From Candidatus Latescibacterota bacterium (GTDB lineage Bacteria; Latescibacterota; UBA2968; UBA8231): 64,000 nucleotides of DNA. Positions 57,138 to 64,000 of this stretch are shown piece after piece; the stretch's first letter is position 1; each line of letters begins with the position of its first letter. The translations under genes and the position numbers were made by a program. The stretch spans positions 256,001 through 320,000 of the forward strand of contig OZ241889.1 of the NCBI GenBank assembly GCA_965203355.1. The letters run 5' to 3'. The notes under the pieces were generated by a model. That model saw only the letters and a program-made list of their open reading frames with translations, made no database searches and was not told the origin of the DNA.

Positions 57138-57431
57138 CTATTGATTGCGAATCGCCTCGATTTTGGCGTCGCGCTCGGCAAAGAGTTCGTTGCGGACCTG
57201 GCTCATTTGCTCCTGCACTTGGCGACGCGCCTCGACGAGGGCCTGCGGGTCCGCCCCCGCGGCCTGCGCTAGCTGCCCCTTGAGCGCGATCTCTTGCTCG
57301 GCCCACTTGGCCTCGTACTGCTTGCGCACCTCGTCAATGGCCTCTTTCTGCTCATCCGTCAGCTTAATCCCGGCGGCGCTCCCGACCGCGGCGTCGGCCT
57401 TTTCCATGGCCAGTTCAAGTGCCGATTTCAT
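57138..57431 (-). CDS. Small conserved hypothetical helical protein
   Basis: MKSALELAMEK...LTDEQKEAIDEVR; strong RBS AGGAGG. Confidence 0.8.
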   Translation of the reverse strand: MKSALELAMEKADAAVGSAAGIKLTDEQKEAIDEVRKQYEAKWAEQEIALKGQLAQAAGADPQALVEARRQVQEQMSQVRNELFAERDAKIEAIRNQ

Positions 57432-57608
57432 GGCAAACCTCCTGTTGTCAGTTGGGAATCAAAGGCAACGACGTTGATTAGCCTTAATTTTTGATTCTTC
57501 ATTACCTTAACATCTTAACATCGCAAAAAAGATAGCGGCTGGCCGCAATCGCGACAAACGGCGGCGTCCGCCCTCTACTATCCCACTCACCACGCCAAAA
57601 GGAACCCC

Positions 57609-58052
57609 ATGTCCAAACAGTGGAAGGTCTATCTATCCGGCGAGATCCACAGCGACTGGCGCGAGCGCATCGTCCAAACGGCGCGCGACTTGCCGATCGA
57701 GTTCACCGCTCCGGTCGCGGATCACGCGGCCAGCGACAACTGCGGCATCGACATTCTCGGGCCGGAGGAAAGTAGCTTTTGGCAGGATCGCAAAGGCGCA
57801 CAGCTCAACGCCATCCGCACCCGCACCCTAATCCGCGACGCCGACGTAGTGGTGGTGCGCTTCGGCGACCAATATCGCCAGTGGAACGCGGCTTTTGACG
57901 CGGGGTTTGCCGCCGCCTGCAACAAACCGCTAATCGTCCTCCACCCACCCGAGTTGCAACACGCGCTCAAGGAGGTGGACGCGGCCGCGCTCGCCGTAGC
58001 CAGCGAGCCCGCACAGGTCGCGGCCATCCTGCGCTATGTCATCGAAAAGTAG
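57609..58052 (+). CDS. YtoQ family protein (nucleoside 2-deoxyribosyltransferase-like fold)
   Basis: VYLSGEIHSDWRE, NAIRTRTLI, RFGDQYRQWNAAFDAG and HALKEVD. Confidence 0.9.
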   Translation: MSKQWKVYLSGEIHSDWRERIVQTARDLPIEFTAPVADHAASDNCGIDILGPEESSFWQDRKGAQLNAIRTRTLIRDADVVVVRFGDQYRQWNAAFDAGFAAACNKPLIVLHPPELQHALKEVDAAALAVASEPAQVAAILRYVIEK

Positions 58053-60590
58053 TCAGCGCAGCAGGAGCATCTTGTGCTGTGCGCGGTAGGAATCGGCTTT
58101 GAGCACGTAGAAGTAGAGACCGCTCCGGTGGCCGAGCGCGTCCCATTCCACCTCGTGTCGTCCCGGCGGCATCCGCCTCGCCACCAGCCGCTCGATCTCC
58201 TGCCCCAGCACATTGTACACCGTTAGTTGCACCAAGCTAGCAGTGGGCAAATCGAAGCGGATTTTGGTCGTCGAATTGAACGGGTTGGGCGCGTTGGGGT
58301 GCAAAGTGTAGCGGGCGGGACGCGGCCGCGCGGCGACGCGCTGGTCAGTGCCCAATTCCAGCGTCCCCTCGCCCGCTAGCTCCAGCGCGATCATCTCACC
58401 GTCAACAACTATATCCAGCCACGCGCCGCCGAGGAAGCGCGCCGCGGTCCACTCGTTCCCGGCGTGGGGCATCCTCAACTGATAGCCCGCGTCGGGGCCG
58501 CGCACGAAGCCCATAGCGTCGCCTCGCTCCATGCTCACGTCTATCACTTCACTGGCGCGGAACACCGGCTCTCCGTCGGCCAAAAGATAGGTCGCGTCTT
58601 GCGCCACAAAGCGGGTGAGTTGTCCGGCGACATAGCGGACATAGCCAAAGCGGGCGTCGCTGACCAAGTGCGCCGCCGGCCCGGACACAGCCGCCTCAGC
58701 CGCCTTGCCATTGCGCAGCCAAGCCAAATCCCGCACGCCAGCCAACGATACTAAAATCGCCTCGGCTCCTTGTGCGAATACAGTCTCAAACGCTGGCTCG
58801 TCGCCGCCCATCGCCCGCGGGTACAACGCCGCTAGGTATCTCCCGTTGACGCCCTCTTGCTGTACTCGCAACACCGCGTGGGTCTGCTCTTGGCGATAGT
58901 CAAAGGAGTGGAGCGCCTCGCTCTCGAGCGCGACCCGCCCGGGCTGATCGGGCAAAAACGCCAGCAACTCGGCCTTCGCCCGCGTCCACCGCGCCAAATT
59001 GCCGGTGCGCGCATACGTGCCCCCACTGGTGCCGCCCCCGTTGCCGTGCAGCCGCCACTCGTAGGCGTGGCGACGGCCCGGATCGTCGATTTCGTCGGCT
59101 ACGAAGAAATAGCTATGGTCGGCAAAAAAGACCCGCCGCCTCAGCTCGACACCCCGGTAGGCCGTGCGAACTTCCGCGTAGTCGCCAGCGGTACTCGCGA
59201 AGAATCCCTCGATAAAAGCATCATTGCGGTCGCCGATGGTCCCTATTACAGGCAAGATCCGGCGCGACGGCCCTTTGCCATTGACCAGCACCACGTTGTG
59301 ATTGCGGCCTTTGTTGACCTTGTCGCGGTTGTCAAAATTGATGTAACCTGCATCTAGGGCCAGCATTTCGCCGCCAGCGTAAAGCACAAAGCTGGTCCCG
59401 TCCGGGTGTTCGTGCGCCAACCCGTGCGCGCGAGCCGGGCCGTTTTCGCCGCGCAAGAGCATGTAGGTAGCCGCGGCCGACCAGTTGCTGCGGAAGACGG
59501 CGTCTCCAGCACCCGGCATAAAAACCGACGGGCCGTGCGTTGGCTCTTGCGCGGGCACGCTGTCGTCGTATAGGGCAATGGCATCCATCTCGGAAAACTG
59601 GCGCACGTACAGGCCGCGCTCGTTGTGCTCCCAGTCCCAGCGATGGACTCCGCCGTTGGCTTGCACGGCCGCTAGGTAATGCCCGTAGAAATCGTCTAAG
59701 TGGCCGTCGTCGATGTTGGGCCGCCGGCCATTGGGCAGCCGCAGATTCAGGGACCACTCGTGCATTTTCTCGATCTTGGGATCGGCAAACAGGTCCAAGC
59801 CGGTGCGGTTCTTGAGCGCGAACAAGTAGGGTAAATAGACATCTGCAGCATAGCGGCTATAGAACGGCCCCTCCGCGTACCCCCCGTCCCTTGCTTCGAT
59901 CTGGAAGTCGAGGCTGCTGGTTACCATTTCCAAGGCGCGATCCGCCCATTCCTGCGGCGTGCCTTCGCCGCTGGTGTATTCGCTCAAGGCCATGGCCGCC
60001 AGCCCAAGCCCACCGTACGCGCGGATGTGCCAATTGCCGAGATTCGGAGTCTCGTGCAAGCGAATTTTGACCGGGAATAGCCCAAACCCTACCTCGCCAA
60101 TCACAATGCCCTTCCACAGCCGGTCGGCTTCCTCGCCGAGGATCGACCGCATCGCCTGTAGGGCCTGGGGGTCGTTGGCCGCAGCATAGGGGTGCAGGAT
60201 GTCGTACGCCACGGCGTACTGGGCCACGACCTCGCCCTCGTTGTGCGGCTCGCCCAAGTCGCCTCCTCGCGGCGGGAACGCCACCCCCTGCATCACCGCC
60301 AACGCACGCTCGGCAAACGCGGCATCGTCGGTCATCTGCCAAGCGAAGGCCAAGGATTTGGCGTAGCGGACCTCGGCGCGCTCGTCGACAAAGGTCGCCG
60401 GGGGGTTCCGCGCCCGCTGCAATACAACCTGCCACCACGTGGCATACGGTTCGCGCTGGATGCGCTCTTTGAGTAGGGGAATATCTGCGGCGGAAAAAAG
60501 CAGGCCCGGATGCACTTCAGCAGACAGCGTCTGCGCGGCAGCACCCACAGGCGCGAGGGCCAAGGCGGCGCAAAAGGCCAACGCGATCAT
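58053..60590 (-). CDS. Heparinase II/III-like polysaccharide lyase with FlgD-Ig/T9SS-like CTD
   Basis: Signal peptide ...AAA|Q; HPGLLFS; GNW; DGGYAEGPFY; HEHPD..SFVLY; HNVVLVNG; CTD NAPNPFNST...KMLLLR. Confidence 0.82.
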   Translation of the reverse strand: MIALAFCAALALAPVGAAAQTLSAEVHPGLLFSAADIPLLKERIQREPYATWWQVVLQRARNPPATFVDERAEVRYAKSLAFAWQMTDDAAFAERALAVMQGVAFPPRGGDLGEPHNEGEVVAQYAVAYDILHPYAAANDPQALQAMRSILGEEADRLWKGIVIGEVGFGLFPVKIRLHETPNLGNWHIRAYGGLGLAAMALSEYTSGEGTPQEWADRALEMVTSSLDFQIEARDGGYAEGPFYSRYAADVYLPYLFALKNRTGLDLFADPKIEKMHEWSLNLRLPNGRRPNIDDGHLDDFYGHYLAAVQANGGVHRWDWEHNERGLYVRQFSEMDAIALYDDSVPAQEPTHGPSVFMPGAGDAVFRSNWSAAATYMLLRGENGPARAHGLAHEHPDGTSFVLYAGGEMLALDAGYINFDNRDKVNKGRNHNVVLVNGKGPSRRILPVIGTIGDRNDAFIEGFFASTAGDYAEVRTAYRGVELRRRVFFADHSYFFVADEIDDPGRRHAYEWRLHGNGGGTSGGTYARTGNLARWTRAKAELLAFLPDQPGRVALESEALHSFDYRQEQTHAVLRVQQEGVNGRYLAALYPRAMGGDEPAFETVFAQGAEAILVSLAGVRDLAWLRNGKAAEAAVSGPAAHLVSDARFGYVRYVAGQLTRFVAQDATYLLADGEPVFRASEVIDVSMERGDAMGFVRGPDAGYQLRMPHAGNEWTAARFLGGAWLDIVVDGEMIALELAGEGTLELGTDQRVAARPRPARYTLHPNAPNPFNSTTKIRFDLPTASLVQLTVYNVLGQEIERLVARRMPPGRHEVEWDALGHRSGLYFYVLKADSYRAQHKMLLLR

Positions 60591-60598
60591 GCGGCCCG

Positions 60599-61294
60599 CT
60601 AAAAGACGCGGCGCAAGTCAAAGCCCCACACCAGCCCCAAGGTGACGTACCCCTTGCCGACTAGAATCTTGAAACTGCTGACGGTTCGGCCTGGCGCGTC
60701 GAAAAACAGCCCCAAAGTGCCATACACCGTCGCTGGGCCTAGATGGCGGTAGCCCAACCCGGCAAACAGTTTGCCCGGTCGGCCGGTGATCCACACCTCC
60801 TCGAGGACAATATAGGCCAGATCCGCACTGAGCGAGCGCAGCCAATCCGTGCCGCCCGAGCAGCGGTAGTCCGCCACGCGGTATCCAGTCCGCGTCTCAA
60901 GGCAGTAACTGCGAGTGGGATAGGGCCGGAAGTAACGCGGGTCGCGATCGTCGCCTTCGTGAAAGCTCACATCGAGCACATTGGCCGAGCCGATCAAGCG
61001 CAAGCGGTTGAAGACCGCCCTAAACCCCAAGGGGACGCGCACCCCGGCGCCGCGATGATCTAAGTTGATAAAACCCAAGCCGACCGCAGCATAGTAGCCA
61101 TCGCGCTGCCGCTTGGGCACCTCTTCGAGCACGGCGTCTTGGATGCGCACGGCCTCGGCCCCGCTCGCCAACAGCAAGCCCATCCAGATGAGGTGTATAT
61201 ATGCGCGCTGTATCACCCGTTCACTCTCTAGTTTATAACGACAGATGCTGTTCTTTAACAGTATATGAATGAGACGATTGATGTCCAACGTCAC
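60599..61294 (-). CDS. Hypothetical outer-membrane-like protein (true start probably downstream of 61294)
   Basis: Signal-like LIWMGLLLASGAEA, amphipathic beta segments and C-terminal Phe; co-oriented with the lyase gene. Confidence 0.6.
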   Translation of the reverse strand: MTLDINRLIHILLKNSICRYKLESERVIQRAYIHLIWMGLLLASGAEAVRIQDAVLEEVPKRQRDGYYAAVGLGFINLDHRGAGVRVPLGFRAVFNRLRLIGSANVLDVSFHEGDDRDPRYFRPYPTRSYCLETRTGYRVADYRCSGGTDWLRSLSADLAYIVLEEVWITGRPGKLFAGLGYRHLGPATVYGTLGLFFDAPGRTVSSFKILVGKGYVTLGLVWGFDLRRVF

Positions 61295-61448
61295 GGCATC
61301 AGGGCGAGAGCATAGGATTAAAGAAATTCCCCAATCTCAGCTTGCTCAATGCCGCCACAAATTGCCCCGGGCCCATGATCTATTCTCCATTCAAAAGCGC
61401 CGTCTCCCCTACCTTGCCCTCTCTTCTCCGCCCCGTATTTTACCCTAC

Positions 61449-62285
61449 ATGATCCGCAGAGTACAATCCACGGCCATCGCCCTGCTCTTGGCGACCCATG
61501 CCAGTTGTCTAGCCCCATCGAACGACAGCCCTGAATCTACCGCTCTCCAGCCGCAACAGCCCCCTGAAATACCCACGTATTCTTACCGAATCGTCCACTC
61601 CTTCCCCCACGACCCCACAGCCTTCACCCAAGGGCTGCTCTACGACGACGGCTTTCTCTACGAAAGCACCGGCCAGTATGGCCAGTCGTCCCTGCGCAAG
61701 GTCGAGCTCGAAACAGGAGCCGTTGTGCAGTTCCACCCGCTAGACGCCCGCTTCTTCGCCGAGGGACTCGCCCTGTTCGGCAATCGCCTGCTCCAGCTAA
61801 CTTGGCGGGCCAACAAGGGCTTTGCCTATCGCCTCGATTCTTTTGAGCAGCTAGCCGAGTTCGCCTATCCCACCGAGGGCTGGGGGCTGACGTGCGACGG
61901 CGAGCTACTCATTATGAGCGACGGCAGTTCGACGCTGTACTTCCACGACCCATTTACCTTTGCCGAAGTGAGCCGGGTCGCCGTGGTGGCCCAAGGCAGC
62001 CCGGTATTGCATCTCAATGAACTCGAATGGATCGGCGGCGAAATTTTTGCCAATATCTGGCAGACTGACACCATCGCCCGCATTGACCCGGCGAGCGGCC
62101 AAGTCGTGGGGTGGATCGACCTGACCGGGCTGTTGAGCGACGCAGACCGCCGCGGCTCTAACGCCGAAGTGCTCAATGGCATTGCCTACGACCCCGAGGG
62201 CGAGCGGCTCTTCGTCACCGGCAAGTGGTGGCCCAAGCTCTACCAAATCGAACTCGTATTCCCTTCACCGAAAGGTACCCCATGA
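61449..62285 (+). CDS. Glutaminyl-peptide cyclotransferase (type I, beta-propeller), probable lipoprotein
   Basis: HDPTAFTQGL, YESTGQYG, FFAEGL, QLTW, EGWGL, LNELE, VLNGIAY and TGKWW; signal LLLATHASC. Confidence 0.93.
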   Translation: MIRRVQSTAIALLLATHASCLAPSNDSPESTALQPQQPPEIPTYSYRIVHSFPHDPTAFTQGLLYDDGFLYESTGQYGQSSLRKVELETGAVVQFHPLDARFFAEGLALFGNRLLQLTWRANKGFAYRLDSFEQLAEFAYPTEGWGLTCDGELLIMSDGSSTLYFHDPFTFAEVSRVAVVAQGSPVLHLNELEWIGGEIFANIWQTDTIARIDPASGQVVGWIDLTGLLSDADRRGSNAEVLNGIAYDPEGERLFVTGKWWPKLYQIELVFPSPKGTP

Positions 62286-62797
62286 CCCAAGACCGCGTCC
62301 CCGTGTGCATCGCCGTGCTCACGGTATCCGACACCCGAGACGAATCAACCGACAAGTCCGGCAAGCTGCTAGTCGAGCGTCTCGAAGCGGCCGGCCACAT
62401 CCTGTACGAAAAGCAAATCCTGCCCGATGACATCTATCCGCTCCGCGCCCAAGTCTCGCAGTGGATCGCCGAGCCTCGCGTCCAAGCCATCATCACCACC
62501 GGCGGCACCGGCCTCACCGGCCGCGACGGCACACCCGAGGCCGTCCGCGTCCTCTTCGACAAGGAAATCGAGGGCTTTGGCGAGGTCTTTCGCGTGCTCT
62601 CCTATGAAGAAATCGGCACGGCGACCGTGCAATCGCGCTGCATAGCCGGCGTCGCCAACAGCACCTACATCTTCTGCTTGCCTGGCTCCTCCGGGGCTTG
62701 CGCCACCGGCTGGGACAAGCTCATCGGGCCGCAGCTAGATTCCACCAACCAGCCCTGCAACCTCGTCGATCTGATGCCGAGATTGTCCGAAACTTGA
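62282..62797 (+). CDS. moaB: Molybdenum cofactor biosynthesis protein B
   Basis: LTVSDTR...DKSG, TTGGTGLTGRDGTPEA, GFGEVFR, LPGS and PCNL. Confidence 0.93.
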   Translation: MTQDRVPVCIAVLTVSDTRDESTDKSGKLLVERLEAAGHILYEKQILPDDIYPLRAQVSQWIAEPRVQAIITTGGTGLTGRDGTPEAVRVLFDKEIEGFGEVFRVLSYEEIGTATVQSRCIAGVANSTYIFCLPGSSGACATGWDKLIGPQLDSTNQPCNLVDLMPRLSET

Positions 62798-62848
62798 CGA
62801 TTGGTGTTGGCGCACCGACTGCGTTCAGTGTGTCAGTATGACAGATGT

Positions 62849-64000
62849 TCAGGCTAGGTAGTTCTTGAGGAATTGCCCGGTGTACGACTCGCTCACTTGG
62901 GCGAGCTCCTCTGGAGTGCCCTGCCCGACGATCTGACCACCGTTGTGGCCGCCTTCGGGACCTAAGTCAATGATGTAGTCCGCGGTCTTGATGACGTCGA
63001 GGTGGTGTTCAATGACCAAGACCGTATGGCCGGCCTCGACTAGGCGGTTGAGGCTGTCGAGCAGGCGCTGAATGTCGGCCAAGTGCAGCCCGGTGGTAGG
63101 CTCGTCAAGCAGGTAGAGGTTGCTCTTGCCGCGCTTGAGCTTGCCCAGCTCGTCGGCCAGCTTGACGCGCTGGGCCTCGCCACCCGACAGCAGCGGAGCC
63201 GGGTGGCCAATTTGCAAATAACCCAGCCCCAAATCGTCAAGCACACCCAATTTGTGGGCGATGAGCCGCTGGTTGGCGAAAAAGTCCACCCCTTCCTCTA
63301 TGGTCATCGCCAAAACCTCGGCGATATTCTTGCCTTGATAGGTAACGTCGAGCGTGTCCTGATTGTAGCGCGCCCCCTTGCAGGTGGGGCAGGACACCTC
63401 CACATCGGCCATCAGATGCAGCTTGGTGGTGACCGCGCCCTCGCCGCCGCACTCCTCGCAGCGGCCTCCCTTGACATTGAAGCTAAAGCGCGAGGCCGTA
63501 TAGCCGCGTTTCTCGGCTTCGGGCGTCCCGGCAAAGAGGCGGCGGATGTTGTCGTAGAAACCGATGTACGTGGCTGGGTTGGAGCGGGGCGAGCGACCGA
63601 TGGGGGATTGGTCAATGTTGATCACATCGCTTATGTGCTCGATCCCGTCGAGGCGGTCGTGCGCGCCCGACAGCACGCGGCTGTCGTGGAAGATGGAGTA
63701 GAGCTTCTTGTAGAGAATGTCGTGGACGAGGGAGCTCTTGCCCGAGCCAGAAGCCCCACTGACGCAGACGAAGCCCCCCAAGGGGATCTTGACGTCGAGG
63801 TCGTCGAGATTGTTGGCGCGGGCACCACAAACGCGCAAGCTGTGGCCGTTGAGCGGGCGGCGCTCGGCCGGCACGCTAATGCGCTGGCGACCGGTGAGAA
63901 ACTGGCCGGTCAGGGAGTCGGGATTTTTCAATATCTGGCCAATGGGGCCCTCGGCGGCGATGCGGCCACCGTGTACGCCCGGCCCGGGGCCGAGCTCAAT
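62849..64000 (-). CDS. uvrA: Excinuclease ABC subunit A, C-terminal part (continues beyond the window)
   Basis: [59 protein letters not shown] and IDLGPEGG. The frame is open to the window end. Confidence 0.95.
   Translation of the reverse strand: MELGPGPGVHGGRIAAEGPIGQILKNPDSLTGQFLTGRQRISVPAERRPLNGHSLRVCGARANNLDDLDVKIPLGGFVCVSGASGSGKSSLVHDILYKKLYSIFHDSRVLSGAHDRLDGIEHISDVINIDQSPIGRSPRSNPATYIGFYDNIRRLFAGTPEAEKRGYTASRFSFNVKGGRCEECGGEGAVTTKLHLMADVEVSCPTCKGARYNQDTLDVTYQGKNIAEVLAMTIEEGVDFFANQRLIAHKLGVLDDLGLGYLQIGHPAPLLSGGEAQRVKLADELGKLKRGKSNLYLLDEPTTGLHLADIQRLLDSLNRLVEAGHTVLVIEHHLDVIKTADYIIDLGPEGGHNGGQIVGQGTPEELAQVSESYTGQFLKNYLA

Noticed and set aside
57506-57522. CTTAACAT tandem duplication in a divergent intergenic region
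   Set aside because: Only two 8-bp units, not distinguishable from chance.

Overview
GC-rich bacterial chromosome segment. The FlgD-Ig/T9SS-like C-terminal domains, cohesin/dockerin-like modules and GldAFG-like ABC system suggest an FCB-group organism such as Latescibacterota (inference only). The backbone is housekeeping: MFS transporter, DAHP synthase, dehydrogenases, NUDIX enzymes, rhomboid, gltBD, pntAB, hpf, gltA, moaB and uvrA. Two accessory regions stand out. (1) A visibly lower-GC ~11 kb island (about 3.9-15.1 kb) carries a complete SspABCD-type DNA phosphorothioation module: cysteine desulfurase, DUF4007 protein, P-loop ATPase and PAPS-reductase-like protein. It converges on a three-gene operon encoding an SF2 helicase, a MORC/GHKL ATPase and a single-HKD PLD nuclease. 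No sspE- or sspFGH-like gene is recognisable, so this is the best candidate for an undescribed PT-dependent defence system. (2) A tandem array of four secreted Ig-repeat paralogues (27.7-41.3 kb) has near-identical C-terminal sorting domains, hypervariable loops in a constant scaffold, covarying intergenic hairpins, an upstream G13 tract and a flanking tandem MITE pair with TTA duplications. Smaller items are an orphan two-gene islet behind twin palindromic operators and a 32-aa tandem-repeat secreted protein. No rRNA, tRNA or CRISPR array was seen. All calls come from motif recognition by eye; no database searches were run.
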